Origin: Patescibacteria group bacterium
Lineage (GTDB): Bacteria > Patescibacteriota > Microgenomatia > Daviesbacterales > UBA10151
Assembly (NCBI GenBank): GCA_943356485.1
Contig: CALRFD010000006.1
Coordinates: forward strand, 7,450 to 71,449
Direction of reading: 5' to 3'
DNA: 64,000 nt
The notes below the pieces were generated by a model. The model worked only from the letters and a program-made list of their open reading frames with translations. It was not told the DNA's origin and searched no databases. Below, one piece after another: positions 31,723-42,865 of the stretch. Made by a program: the position numbers and the translations under genes. Each line of letters opens with the position of its first letter. Position 1 is the stretch's first letter.

Positions 31723-32790
31723 ATGGCACAAAACAACGATGCTAGAAATGCTGCAGTTTCAGCAGCTATGGCGCAAATTCAAAAAGCTTATGGAAGCGGT
31801 TCTATCATGCGTCTTGGTGAAAGGGTTGAAAAATTCGCAACAGAAGTTATCCCCACAGGATCTATTGCTTTGGATTTGGCACTTGGTGTAGGGGGTTTGC
31901 CAAAGGGTAGAATTATAGAAATCTATGGTCCTGAGGCAGGAGGGAAAACTACTGTTTGTCTGCATGTAATTGCTGAAGCTCAAAAAAAAGGTGGAGTTGC
32001 TGCTTTTATTGATGCAGAACATGCACTGGATCCACAAAGAGCTCAGAAAATTGGTGTTAATTTAGACGAACTGCTAATCTCACAACCAGATACCGGAGAG
32101 CAGGGGTTAGAAATTGCCGAAAGTTTAATCAGATCCGGTGGAATTGATGTGGTAGTCATAGATTCTGTGGCAGCTTTAGTTCCCAGGTCAGAGTTAGAGG
32201 GTGAAATGGGAGACTCTTCAATGGGAGTACAGGCAAGACTCATGTCTCAAGCCTTGAGAAAACTTACTGGTGCAGTTTCTAACACTAATACAATAGTTAT
32301 CTTTACCAATCAATTGAGGCAGAAGATTGGAGTAATGTTTGGAAACCCTGAAACAACCACCGGTGGCTTAGCGCTCAAATTTTACTCCTCTATTAGATTG
32401 GATGTTAGAAAAATTGAAAACATCAAACAAGGTGATATGGTTGTAGGATCAAGGCACCGGGTTAAGGTGGTAAAAAATAAGGTCGCTCCCCCATTCCGGA
32501 TTGCCGAATTTGATATGGATGAAAACGGTATTTCTCATGAAGGAGAGTTGTTGGATGTAGGTATAGAACTAGGGATTCTAACAAAGAGTGGAGCATTTAT
32601 TAAATGGAATGAAAAGATGCTTGGTCAAGGAAGGGTTGCAGCAGCCAGTTATTTGAAAGAAAACAAAAAAGAGGCATTGATTTTAGAAAAAGAGATTAGA
32701 GATGCTTGGGGTAAGCAAAAGGATGGTAAGGAAAAAATTGTAGTAGGTACTGATAATGGTGAAGAAGGTGCTGTTGAAGAAGCGGTATAA
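31723..32790 (+). CDS. recA: recombinase RecA
   Basis: [30 protein letters not shown]. Confidence 0.99.
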   Translation: MAQNNDARNAAVSAAMAQIQKAYGSGSIMRLGERVEKFATEVIPTGSIALDLALGVGGLPKGRIIEIYGPEAGGKTTVCLHVIAEAQKKGGVAAFIDAEHALDPQRAQKIGVNLDELLISQPDTGEQGLEIAESLIRSGGIDVVVIDSVAALVPRSELEGEMGDSSMGVQARLMSQALRKLTGAVSNTNTIVIFTNQLRQKIGVMFGNPETTTGGLALKFYSSIRLDVRKIENIKQGDMVVGSRHRVKVVKNKVAPPFRIAEFDMDENGISHEGELLDVGIELGILTKSGAFIKWNEKMLGQGRVAAASYLKENKKEALILEKEIRDAWGKQKDGKEKIVVGTDNGEEGAVEEAV

Positions 32791-32807
32791 TAATACCCCA
32801 TACTTTC

Positions 32808-33467
32808 ATGCCAAAGATTTCTTCTGTTGAATCACAAAAGAACCCGCATAGATTTAATATTTTTCTAGATGGTGTTTTTGTTTTTGGGGCAGATGAGGAT
32901 TTGGTGGTTGATCAACGTTTAGTCATCGGGAAAGAGATTGCGCCAGGCGATTTAGAAAAACTGCTCTTTGAATCTGCGGTGGGAAAATTAATGGAACGTA
33001 TGTATACGCTCTTTAATATTCGACAGAGATCCGAAAAAGAAATTAGGGATTATTTAAAGAATTTATCTTTTAAAAGAAAAGTTAAAGACCAGGATGAACT
33101 TTCAGAGGCAGCAGTGGAATTATTAATCATTAAGCTTAAGCAAAAAGGATTGTTAAATGATGGCGAATTTGCCAAATCCTGGGCGGCGGCCAGAAGAAGA
33201 AGTAAACAAAAAGGGAAGAGACTACTGCAGTATGAATTAGCTCAGAAAGGTATAGCCAAAAATATTATTGACCAGGTACTGGAAAAAGGGTCAGAAGACT
33301 ATAGTGAAGAAGGTCTGGCAACGGTGGCACTGCAGAAAAAGCTGAAACTTTGGCAAAAATTACCTGAACTCGAATTTAAAAAAAAGACTTATCAGTTTTT
33401 AGGAAGAAAAGGTTTTGATTTTGAAACAATCTCGGCTGTAATTGAAAAATTCTTGGAAAAAGAGTAA
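32808..33467 (+). CDS. recX: RecX regulator
   Basis: RSEKEI, LLNDGEFA, FLGRKGF; follows recA. Confidence 0.9.
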   Translation: MPKISSVESQKNPHRFNIFLDGVFVFGADEDLVVDQRLVIGKEIAPGDLEKLLFESAVGKLMERMYTLFNIRQRSEKEIRDYLKNLSFKRKVKDQDELSEAAVELLIIKLKQKGLLNDGEFAKSWAAARRRSKQKGKRLLQYELAQKGIAKNIIDQVLEKGSEDYSEEGLATVALQKKLKLWQKLPELEFKKKTYQFLGRKGFDFETISAVIEKFLEKE

Positions 33468-33581
33468 AATTAAAAAGTAGTCAGAAGATTTAAGGATAAA
33501 TCTATGAAGATTAAAAATCTTACATTTTCAAATCCTCAAAGCCGAATTTAATTTGGTTTATTTTTTTGACTCATTTAAAAA

Positions 33582-34971
33582 ATGCAACATTCATTTAGTC
33601 CTAAAAATTTTAGCTCACAGCAGTCACCTACAACTAATGATGAACCTGTGACTATTTCATCCGGAGGAGACCTGCCCGCTAGTGCTTCGCAACAAGCGAT
33701 GCAAGCGGGTTTAGCCAAAAGAGAAGGAATTTTAGAAGAAAGAGAAAGACAAATTGCTGAGAAACAAAGGTTAGTCGAAGAAAAGCTCGAAAGTTTAGAA
33801 AAACTTCGAAGAGACCTGGTAGAAAAATTAGAAAAAGTATCGAAATTTTCGGCGGAGGATGCTAAAAAGATTCTTTTAGAAAATCTGGACAAAGATTTAA
33901 GCGCAGAAATCTCCAAAAAGGTTAGAGAGGCAGAAAATGAAATAAAGTTGCAGGCTGATGATAAAGCAAAGAATATTTTAGCCGATGCAATAATACATGG
34001 AGTTACTGATTATGTTTCTGAATTCACGACTTCAAAAGTTAGACTTCCGGATGAGGATATGAAGGGTAAGATAATTGGAAAAGAAGGTAGAAATGTTCGT
34101 ACTTTTGAACAAGTTACGGGAGTTGACGTGGTAATGGATGATGAGATTCCGGATACTTTAATCCTATCCTCATTTGATCCTATTAGGAGGGAGATTGCTA
34201 AAGTCTCCCTAGAGAGATTAATTGAGGATGGCAGGATTCAACCGCAAAGAATAGAGGAAATCGTTGCAAAAACGCAAAACAGATATTAATAAGATAATGC
34301 GTTATGCAGTTGAAAAATTATGTCACGATGTGGGAGTATATAATTTACCGGTGGAATTGATTGATCAGTTAGGTCGTTTTAAATACAGATATTCATATGG
34401 ACAAAACTTAATATTGCATACTCAGGAAGAAACGCAGATAGGTGTAGCTTTGGCTCATATGCTTGGGGCAAACGTGAATACTGTCAGACTCGGTTGTTTG
34501 TTTCATGATATCGGTAAAATAGTGGCTGATGAAGAAGGCTCACACGTTGATAAAGGTGTGGCTTTAGCAAAGAAGTTTGGTTTACCGGAAGAAGTTATTA
34601 ACTGCATTGCCGAACATCATGAAGATAAGCCCTTTTCTTCGGTTGAATCAATTATCGTTTGTATTGCTGATTCAATCTCTGGCGGAAGACCAGGGGCAAG
34701 ACATGAAAACGTCCAGGATTATATAAAAAGGTTGTCAGATATTGAAAAGATCGGGATGTCTTTTGAAGGTGTAGAAAAATGTTTCGCTGTACAAGCCGGA
34801 AGAGAGGTTAGAGTTATTGTTACCCCTGAGAAAGTATCCGATGATGAACTGCCTAAATTAACCCATGATATTGCAGATCGAATTTCTAAAGAAGTTATGG
34901 TTCCCGGGACTGTTAGAATTACTGCTATTAGAGAAACAAGAGTCAGTGAAAGTACGAACTCTGTTCAGTAG
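33582..34971 (+). pseudogene. rny: ribonuclease Y split by a 1-nt frameshift near 34276 (real or sequencing error)
   Basis: ORF 33582-34289 has KH region ([11 protein letters not shown]); ORF 34264-34971 has HD domain (HDIGK, AVQAGREVRV). Confidence 0.85.
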
Positions 34972-35073
34972 CGAGAATTGTTCCCTGAAAGATTAACGAA
35001 TTTTTGTCGATATTTAACATTTAGGTCTTTACAATAGATGGGACATTTGGTAATTTATCAGCACAATACTTTT

Positions 35074-35346
35074 ATGACTAAAAATGAATTAATTGAAAAA
35101 GTCGCCAAGAAATCTAATTTAACAAAAAGAGCAGCGGTTGATAGCGTAAATACAACCTTTAACTTAATTAGAGATGGTTTAATCAGAGGCGAGAAAGTTG
35201 TGATTACCGGATTTGGTACTTTTCTCATTAGATCCAGAGCAGCTAGACGAGGCAGAAATCCGCAAACAGGAGAAACGATTCAAATCCCAAGTAAAAAAAC
35301 TCCTGGTTTCGCCGCAGGTAAAACTTTAAAAAGACTTATTAAATAA
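35074..35346 (+). CDS. hup: DNA-binding protein HU
   Basis: MTKNELI, GFGTF, GRNPQTG. Confidence 0.97.
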   Translation: MTKNELIEKVAKKSNLTKRAAVDSVNTTFNLIRDGLIRGEKVVITGFGTFLIRSRAARRGRNPQTGETIQIPSKKTPGFAAGKTLKRLIK

Positions 35347-35402
35347 TTACAATACCCAGAAGTCCCCTTACAATATCCTTTTAAATATTCTAAAATGACC
35401 TC

Positions 35403-36386
35403 ATGTCAGATTCAATTATTCAAGTTAAGGGTTTAAAGAAGTACTACTCCCTCCAGCAAAAAGAACCCGGGCTGTTGTCTTCCATAAAATCGGTATTTAA
35501 TAGAAAGTATAAAGATATTAAAGCTGTAGATGGAATTTCTCTTGAGATAAAGACAGGAGAGTTGGTTGGATTTATCGGGCCAAACGGAGCAGGCAAAACA
35601 ACTACCTTAAAACTTTTATCCGGTCTTTTGTATCCAACTTCAGGAAACATAAGGGTTTTAGGAAAGGAACCTTTTAAAAGACAAAAGGAATTTCAAATGA
35701 ATATTTCTCTAATAATGGGACAAAAGAATCAACTTTGGTGGGATTTGCCTGCTTGGGATAGTTTTGTATTAAATAGAGAGATATACGAAATAGACGAGGA
35801 AACCTTTAATAGAAATATTAAAAAACTCTCCAAAATGTTGGATGCAGAAGATATATTAAAAGCCCCAGTTAGAAAATTGTCGCTAGGACAAAGGATGAAG
35901 TGTGAGCTAATCGCAGCGCTTTTGCATAACCCGAAAGTATTATTTTTAGACGAACCTACCATAGGATTAGATGTTATAGCACAACAAAATATGAGGGAGT
36001 TTATAAAATCTTATAACGAGGAATTTAATGCGACTATTATTTTAACTTCTCACTATATGGGAGATGTTAAAGAGCTTTGTAAAAGAGTCATCATTATTAA
36101 TGAAGGAAAAATTATTTTTGATGGGCTTCTGGAAAATATAGTTAATAAGTTTGCTCCGTTTAAATTGATAAAAGTAGATTTTGAAAAGGAAGTTAGTTTA
36201 GAAAGATTGGGGGAAATAGGTATTGTAGAGGATTATAATAAGGTTCATGCAACAATACAGGTTAAAAAAAGTGAAGTAGCGTCTAAAGCCAGTAAATTGT
36301 TATCTGATTTTGATGTTTTAGACTTAACGATAGAGGATCCGGCAATTGAAGGAATAATTCGAACGATATTTGCCCAGAATGTGTAA
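35403..36386 (+). CDS. ABC transporter ATP-binding protein
   Basis: GPNGAGKTT, LSLGQ, LFLDEPT. Confidence 0.95.
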   Translation: MSDSIIQVKGLKKYYSLQQKEPGLLSSIKSVFNRKYKDIKAVDGISLEIKTGELVGFIGPNGAGKTTTLKLLSGLLYPTSGNIRVLGKEPFKRQKEFQMNISLIMGQKNQLWWDLPAWDSFVLNREIYEIDEETFNRNIKKLSKMLDAEDILKAPVRKLSLGQRMKCELIAALLHNPKVLFLDEPTIGLDVIAQQNMREFIKSYNEEFNATIILTSHYMGDVKELCKRVIIINEGKIIFDGLLENIVNKFAPFKLIKVDFEKEVSLERLGEIGIVEDYNKVHATIQVKKSEVASKASKLLSDFDVLDLTIEDPAIEGIIRTIFAQNV

Positions 36387-36441
36387 AACTGGTTTCGTTT
36401 TTTTGACATTTGAGTTTTAAATTTGTTACGCTATTTCTTAA

Positions 36442-36726
36442 GTGTCAAAACCAATAAAAGATAATGATATAAATATACCAGGAGATATACTAAAAGATTT
36501 ACTGACTCAATCAGAAATTAGGATGTTAAAAAACAGGTGGCATATTATTAAACTTCTGGACGAAGGCCTATCTATTAGGGCAGTAGCTGCGCAATTGAAG
36601 GTGGGAACAGATACGGTAGTTAGGACTATTAGAATGATCGAAAAAAGTAATATTTTATCTAAATTTGTTAAAAAGGAAGTAAAAGTAAATCCATCGACAC
36701 CTTGGGTATTTGGTAAATCAGAATGA
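36442..36726 (+). CDS. TrpR-like (YerC/YecD) HTH protein
   Basis: DLLTQSEIRMLKNRWHIIKLLDEGLSIRAVAAQLKVGTDTVVR. Confidence 0.8.
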   Translation: MSKPIKDNDINIPGDILKDLLTQSEIRMLKNRWHIIKLLDEGLSIRAVAAQLKVGTDTVVRTIRMIEKSNILSKFVKKEVKVNPSTPWVFGKSE

Positions 36727-36732
36727 ATTTTA

Positions 36733-37527
36733 ATGAGTAAATATTGGGAGATTTTTAAAGTTTCTTGGCAACAAAACTTAATATACAGATTTAATTTTTT
36801 TCTTTGGCGGGTCAGGAATGTAATGCAGCTCTTGTTGGTTTATTTTATCTGGTGGACAGTTTTTCAATCACAAAATTCGATCTTTGGTTATACCACCTCT
36901 ATGTTATTTACATATATTCTAGTCGCGGCATTAATCAGAGCAATTGTATTGTCAACAAGAGTAACAGATATGATGAATCAAATAAACGATGGAAGCATAG
37001 TTAATTTTTTAGTTAAGCCTTTAGGGTTTGTCAGATATTATCTTGCAAGGGATGCTGCAGATAAACTTTTTAACATTTCATTCTATATTGTAGAAGTAAC
37101 TCTCTTAGTTTTAATCTTAAAACCAAGAATATTTATTCAAACAAACGCCTTAGTTATCATACCTTTTTTTACGGCTATAATAGGTGGGTTAATAATCTAT
37201 TTTTGTATAAATTTTATTATTAGCTTAACTTCTTTTTGGGTTGAGAGTTCCTGGGGGCCGCTATTTTTAATGTCTGTATTTTTGGAAGGACTAGGTGGAG
37301 GGATGTTTCCGATAGATATTTTACCAAAGCATATTTTTAATATTCTAATATTAACCCCGTTCCCCTACCTTATTTATTTCCCGTCTAAAATATACTTAGG
37401 AACCTTAGGTAATTATGAGATGGTGCAAGGCTTTAGTATAATATTTATTTGGGTAGTAGTTTTACTTTTTTTAATGCGAATGGTTTTAAAAATGGGCTTT
37501 CGCCATTATAGTTCAGGGGGAAACTAA
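36733..37527 (+). CDS. ABC-2 type permease
   Basis: multiple TM segments, DGSIVNFLVKP. Confidence 0.85.
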   Translation: MSKYWEIFKVSWQQNLIYRFNFFLWRVRNVMQLLLVYFIWWTVFQSQNSIFGYTTSMLFTYILVAALIRAIVLSTRVTDMMNQINDGSIVNFLVKPLGFVRYYLARDAADKLFNISFYIVEVTLLVLILKPRIFIQTNALVIIPFFTAIIGGLIIYFCINFIISLTSFWVESSWGPLFLMSVFLEGLGGGMFPIDILPKHIFNILILTPFPYLIYFPSKIYLGTLGNYEMVQGFSIIFIWVVVLLFLMRMVLKMGFRHYSSGGN

Positions 37528-37546
37528 TATAAAAAAATATATAAGG

Positions 37547-38311
37547 GTGTGGTGGTTATTTACAATCAACTCGTTTAGAATTCAATTAAATTTTAGATGG
37601 GGCTTATTCTTATTTCTGTTTGCGAAAATTCTAAGGTTCACAACTTTCAGTTTCTTTTTGATAATTTTATTAAATAATACTAAAGTTTTGGCAGGATACA
37701 GTCTAAACCAAACGATTTTATTTTTTCTAACCTTTAATCTTTTGGATATTTGTTCCCAACTATTCTTAAGAGAGGTTTATAGATTTAGACCAGCAGTATT
37801 ATCTGGTGTTTTTGATTTTTACCTGATTAAGCCGCTGAGTCCATTATTTAGAAGTTTATTTACGGGTGCGGATTTATTAGATTTAATAACTCTGTTTCCG
37901 CTTATTTATGCAATTATATTTTTTATTATTAAAATGAATTTATTAAACTTATCTAATATATTAATGTATTTATTGATGCTGATCACAGGACTTATAATCG
38001 GTTGTTCTTTTCATATTTTTGTTCTTTGTTTGGGGATCTTAACAACGGAGGTAGATAATGCAATTATGTTATACAGAGATATTATGAATATGGGAAGAAT
38101 GCCAGTAGATATTTATACGGAGCCGATCAGAGGATTAATAACATTTATTATACCTGTTGGGATCATGATGACATTTCCGGCAAAAGCACTTATGGGTATA
38201 CTTAGTCTACAGTTTTTAATCTACGCTATATTTTTTTCCTTACTTTTATTTTATTTATCTATAAAATCATGGCAGTATGCTTTAAAAAACTATTCCTCAG
38301 CAGGCGGCTAA
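37547..38311 (+). CDS. ABC-2 type permease (start uncertain)
   Basis: GVFDFYLIKP, C-terminal YSSAGG. Confidence 0.85.
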   Translation: MWWLFTINSFRIQLNFRWGLFLFLFAKILRFTTFSFFLIILLNNTKVLAGYSLNQTILFFLTFNLLDICSQLFLREVYRFRPAVLSGVFDFYLIKPLSPLFRSLFTGADLLDLITLFPLIYAIIFFIIKMNLLNLSNILMYLLMLITGLIIGCSFHIFVLCLGILTTEVDNAIMLYRDIMNMGRMPVDIYTEPIRGLITFIIPVGIMMTFPAKALMGILSLQFLIYAIFFSLLLFYLSIKSWQYALKNYSSAGG

Positions 38312-39519
38312 AAAGGGTTCTTTGATAAATTGCTTAAGAAAAAAACGTTAACCCACATTTTAGGTAAAGGTATTCCCGTTAAGAACGGGAATATTAATAT
38401 AAATGAAATAACAATTAAAAAAAGTAAAATAACCATCTCTTTTTTATACCCTGCTTTTTTAATTTCTGTTAATTGATGTCCTAGAGAGATACAAAGAAAA
38501 GGTACTGAAGGACTGAAGTGGTATAAAAACATAATTCTGGGAGAGATGGACCAGGGGAGCCAGAAAATTATAAAACCTAAACTTAAGACAATTAAATTAA
38601 GCGATCTTTTTTTAATTGTTTGCCATAAAGTTAATATCATCGCAATACTTCCGATCCAGAATACAGGTGGATTTCCGGAAGCAAAAATATTTGCAACTTT
38701 ATCTTTTTGGTAATCTACAAAGTACCAGATGGGATATAAATTAAGCGGCCAAGACCACCAGGGAGATGAATAAGGATGAGTTGCTTTGAGGTGCGTTTGA
38801 TACCACCAAATCTGTCTATGAAGTTCAATAAAATCGCTCCATTTGTATCCAATTAAAAAATATGGTGTATAGCTTAAAAGATAAATCAGTGGAGGGATAA
38901 GAAAGAAATAAATTAAACTTTTAAGTCTTCTTTGGTACACAAGAACCGGTAAATACATTAAGATCAAAAAGATTCCCGGCCATTTAGTAGCCATAGCTAT
39001 CCCCATGAACAATGAAGATAGAAGGTATTTTTTTTGAACAAATAAAATAACGCTAAGGAGGACAAATGCTACCAGATAAATATCATTCATACCTGTTCTG
39101 GATTGAACAAAGACTAATCCATCAACAGAAAAAATAAAAGCAGAAAGCAGACTGGTAAGTTCATTTTTAAAAAGTAGAAACGCTAACTTATAGACTAAGA
39201 ATACTGATAAGATACCGAGTAATGCTCCGGGTATTCTCCAGGCCCAGGCGTCTGTAGTTTTCAAAATAAACATAGAAGATGTCATAATCTCCTTTTCAAT
39301 AGGAGGATGAAGCCACTCAAGAGCAACTCCGGGTTCAGATTTACCCCAGGGACTCCAGGCATCCTTATTCCCTTTTAGGTACTCCTTGGCTGTATAGGCA
39401 TGATAAACTTCGTCAAAGACATATTTGTCTGGAAAGTCCAATCTATATAGACGTAAAATAACTGTAACTAATAAGATTAAAATTAAGATTTTTTTTGTGC
39501 TAATTCTTTTCATATGCAT
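38308..39519 (-). CDS. PMT-family protein O-mannosyltransferase-like (GT-C)
   Basis: VFDEVYH, HPP, HPYSSPWWSWP, GNP. Confidence 0.88.
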   Translation of the reverse strand: MHMKRISTKKILILILLVTVILRLYRLDFPDKYVFDEVYHAYTAKEYLKGNKDAWSPWGKSEPGVALEWLHPPIEKEIMTSSMFILKTTDAWAWRIPGALLGILSVFLVYKLAFLLFKNELTSLLSAFIFSVDGLVFVQSRTGMNDIYLVAFVLLSVILFVQKKYLLSSLFMGIAMATKWPGIFLILMYLPVLVYQRRLKSLIYFFLIPPLIYLLSYTPYFLIGYKWSDFIELHRQIWWYQTHLKATHPYSSPWWSWPLNLYPIWYFVDYQKDKVANIFASGNPPVFWIGSIAMILTLWQTIKKRSLNLIVLSLGFIIFWLPWSISPRIMFLYHFSPSVPFLCISLGHQLTEIKKAGYKKEMVILLFLIVISFILIFPFLTGIPLPKMWVNVFFLSNLSKNPF

Positions 39520-40717
39520 CGTTTAATTTTAATATATTAATACTAATCAAGAAAAATATTAAGGTTGAAAAAAATGAAATTAAAGGTATGTTTTTATCTG
39601 CAAAATTATATATAGAAGCATAGTATATAGTCTGGGGTATTTTTAGATAGAATTGATTATAATAAATATAGACATAATATAAATCTAATAAATGGAGACT
39701 GCTTAATATTATCGTTAAAGATGTAAGAATTTTAGACTTTTTAAGGATTGAAAAAATAATCATAAACACTAGAGCTGGGTAGAGATATCTTTCATGCATT
39801 CTTGTTAATAAAAAGAAAAAACTCAAAGTAGATAAACTAGATAAAGTAAACAAAGAAACTTTCTTGCTAAAATAGAAAAAACCGGTTATCACCCAAAAAA
39901 TTACTAATAAGATAAAACCTATATTTTGATAACTTATATCCAACCATTTTTTATTATCCGGTATCCAAAATCCAAAAATACCCCAAAAATTATAAGCAAA
40001 TATAGAACCATAAGGATAGTAGTCCAAAAGATTAGTTATTAGATCTATTGGTCCCTTGATTGGATTGAAAATAAAAAATGGAAAAAATCCAATAAATATT
40101 GTTAACAAGAAGGGAAAGCTAAGATAAAGTAAATTTTTTGGAGAAAAGTTTTTTAAAATGTACAGGAAAAATACCGGAGATAGAATAATAGCCTGAGGTT
40201 TCAGCAGAAAAGATATTGCCCAAAAAATTGCAGCGAAAATAATTCTCTTTTGAGTTAAAAAATAAATTGATACTACTAAAACTAAACTAAATAAACCATC
40301 AAATTGTCCAAAAATTGCACTATTAAATATGAAGGCAGGATTTAAAATTACAAGAAATAGCGATAGCTTTTTCCAGATGCTATATTTATCCGGAATGATT
40401 TGATAAATAATAGCCCCAAGTATTATTTCTGCAATTATTGATGGAAGCTTAAGAACTATATAAAAATTTGAATCACTAATTTGAAATAAATTTTTTATAA
40501 AGCCTAACAGAGACAATATATATAAAAATCCGGGTGGATATCCAGTCCAAATCTTATCAGAATAAAAGCTTAGAAATCCTACCTCATGCAATCTTTGAGC
40601 CCAGGCAAACCAGGTATCAACATCAAACTTGAAACCTGGGATAGGAGTAAGGATAAGTCTCGTTGAAAGTCCAAGTAGTAAAGACAGAATTAAGAAACGA
40701 TCTTTAAAAATATTCAT
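39500..40717 (-). CDS. GT-C membrane glycosyltransferase (mannosyltransferase-like)
   Basis: YPPG, GQFD, LKPQ, MHERY. Confidence 0.8.
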   Translation of the reverse strand: MNIFKDRFLILSLLLGLSTRLILTPIPGFKFDVDTWFAWAQRLHEVGFLSFYSDKIWTGYPPGFLYILSLLGFIKNLFQISDSNFYIVLKLPSIIAEIILGAIIYQIIPDKYSIWKKLSLFLVILNPAFIFNSAIFGQFDGLFSLVLVVSIYFLTQKRIIFAAIFWAISFLLKPQAIILSPVFFLYILKNFSPKNLLYLSFPFLLTIFIGFFPFFIFNPIKGPIDLITNLLDYYPYGSIFAYNFWGIFGFWIPDNKKWLDISYQNIGFILLVIFWVITGFFYFSKKVSLFTLSSLSTLSFFFLLTRMHERYLYPALVFMIIFSILKKSKILTSLTIILSSLHLLDLYYVYIYYNQFYLKIPQTIYYASIYNFADKNIPLISFFSTLIFFLISINILKLNDAYEKN

Positions 40718-40746
40718 TTGTAATAATTAACAATACTTTTGTTATT

Positions 40747-41901
40747 TTAAAATAAAACATTTATAAAATATATATTTATTAGAAATGTGACTACGGATAA
40801 GATAATAAACTTATAGGAAGCATCTTTTTTAAAGGAGTTTACTAAGATTATAAAAAGAAAAGGGTAGAAATCAATGGCATATCGGAAGCCATATTGCCAC
40901 GATCCATGAGTAAAACTTCCACAGATTGCAACCATCATAATTAAAAATGTAATGGATGCTGATTTTACTTCTAACATTTTCCAATTACTAAATAAAATCC
41001 AAATAAAAATAAAAGATGTGAAAAAAATACTTAATCCTGAACCATCTATCTTTAAATATGGAAACTGCATAATTTCTGTACCAGGAATAAATATAGGTTC
41101 GGGCATTTTTAAAAACAGGTAGTAAAGATTGGTAGCAAAATGAATAGGACTCCAGAGTCCAAATGCTCTGCTAGCGTTAACTGGCCCCTCCAGATATTGC
41201 TTAGAATAGCCAGTTTCTAAAGGATTACCAAATCTAGCATAATTGTAGAAGCCTATTATTAGGATTGATATTATTATTGGTACTACCAGCAAGATAAAGT
41301 TCTTAATTTTTTTCCTTTTAGTTAAATCACAGTAAAGTAAGTTGAGTATAAAAAATAATGTTGTAAAAATTAATGAGACTCTGGTAGCGTAAGCCAGAGC
41401 GATAAGGATTCCTATAATTAACCATGACCTTCTAAAAAAATAAGTCTCTAAACTTAAAAGAATTAAGGTAAAACCAACAACTTGAGCGTAGTACCAAGAC
41501 CAAGGTATAAGGGCTACTCCCAAATATGCGCTGGAAAATAAGATAGCGAAACTTATGGCAACAGAGTTAGTAAGATTGCCGGTAATTTTTTTAGCAATTC
41601 TAAAAAGTAGAAAAACATTTAGAATATTTAAAAAAAATAACAAATATCCTTGTTTCATTAAATTGCCAAATATATAAACAAAAGGCATTAGTAAAACTGC
41701 AGGGAATGGACCTAGTGGCCAATAATAATGACCGCCACTTACGGCAGCATCAAAAGTGTTTGATAGGAAGTAAAGTTTGCCTTGTAAGAAAGAAGAAGCA
41801 AGGCTCACAAATTGTTCTTGTTGAGAGGGTTTAAAGAAGTCATAGTAAACAAATAAAACACCCCCCAAAATATAAAAGAATGATATTATAATCCTCTTCA
41901 T
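40747..41901 (-). CDS. GT-C-like polytopic membrane protein
   Basis: YNYARFGNPLETGY, QYGFRYAIDFYP. Confidence 0.7.
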   Translation of the reverse strand: MKRIIISFFYILGGVLFVYYDFFKPSQQEQFVSLASSFLQGKLYFLSNTFDAAVSGGHYYWPLGPFPAVLLMPFVYIFGNLMKQGYLLFFLNILNVFLLFRIAKKITGNLTNSVAISFAILFSSAYLGVALIPWSWYYAQVVGFTLILLSLETYFFRRSWLIIGILIALAYATRVSLIFTTLFFILNLLYCDLTKRKKIKNFILLVVPIIISILIIGFYNYARFGNPLETGYSKQYLEGPVNASRAFGLWSPIHFATNLYYLFLKMPEPIFIPGTEIMQFPYLKIDGSGLSIFFTSFIFIWILFSNWKMLEVKSASITFLIMMVAICGSFTHGSWQYGFRYAIDFYPFLFIILVNSFKKDASYKFIILSVVTFLINIYFINVLF

Positions 41902-42865
41902 GAATAAAGTATTAGTTATTTTAGGTTCGACTGCAACAGGGAAGACGGATCTGGCTCTTCAACTTGCAGGTAAGTTTCAGGGTGAACTTATTTCTTGTGA
42001 CTCTAGACAGGTTTATAAGGATTTAGATTTAGGAACTGGTAAATTACCTGGCGGAAAAGTATCAGTCCAAAAGGGGATAGGCTTTTGGATTTTGGATGGA
42101 ATTAAAATTTGGATGTATGATGTGATAAATCCAAAGAGACAATACACAGTTTTTAATTATGTAAAAGATGCAACTTTAGCAATAGAAGAAATTCAAAAGA
42201 AAGGTAAATTACCAATAATAGTTGGTGGAACGGGTCTTTATCTTAAGGGATTACTGTATGGCTTTTCTAATTTGGAAATTCCGTTAGATAAAAAGCTGCG
42301 AAGTGATCTAAGCAAACTATCGTTGAATGAATTACAAAAAAAACTCCAAAATCTATCAATTAAAAAATGGGAGAGTTTAAATTTATCTGATCAGAAGAAT
42401 CCCAGAAGATTAGTTAGGGCAATAGAACTAGAGATTTCACCTCGGAGGAGTCCATCCGACCACCTCCGAGGTGGTATGGCAACAGATAACATTTTAAAAA
42501 TAGGGTTAAATGCACCGAAAGAAGTTTTGTACCAGAGGATTGATGAACGGGTGATTTCTAGAATTGAGCAAGGTATGGTAAATGAAGCAGGAAAACTATA
42601 TAAAGATGGACTAAGCTTGAAAAGAATGCGACAGCTGGGACTCGAATATGGAGTGCTGGCAGATTATCTCGAGAAAAAGATTGATGAGGACGATTTAGGT
42701 CAAATTATGCAGAGAAAGATTCATAATTATGCTAAACGGCAAATAACCTGGTTTAAAAAAGAACAAGATGTAAATTGGTTTGATATTACAGAAGAAAAAT
42801 ATTACAACGAGTTGGAAAAACTAGTGGCTAAATGGTATTATTCTTCTGATGCCTCGCAAGATTGA
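41900..42865 (+). CDS. miaA: tRNA dimethylallyltransferase
   Basis: GSTATGKT, DSRQVY, VGGTGLY, YAKRQITWF. Confidence 0.97.
   Translation: MNKVLVILGSTATGKTDLALQLAGKFQGELISCDSRQVYKDLDLGTGKLPGGKVSVQKGIGFWILDGIKIWMYDVINPKRQYTVFNYVKDATLAIEEIQKKGKLPIIVGGTGLYLKGLLYGFSNLEIPLDKKLRSDLSKLSLNELQKKLQNLSIKKWESLNLSDQKNPRRLVRAIELEISPRRSPSDHLRGGMATDNILKIGLNAPKEVLYQRIDERVISRIEQGMVNEAGKLYKDGLSLKRMRQLGLEYGVLADYLEKKIDEDDLGQIMQRKIHNYAKRQITWFKKEQDVNWFDITEEKYYNELEKLVAKWYYSSDASQD

Noticed and set aside
33503-33550. Short ORF MKIKNLTFSNPQSRI upstream of rny as a leader peptide
   Set aside because: No terminator or antiterminator hairpin and no codon enrichment
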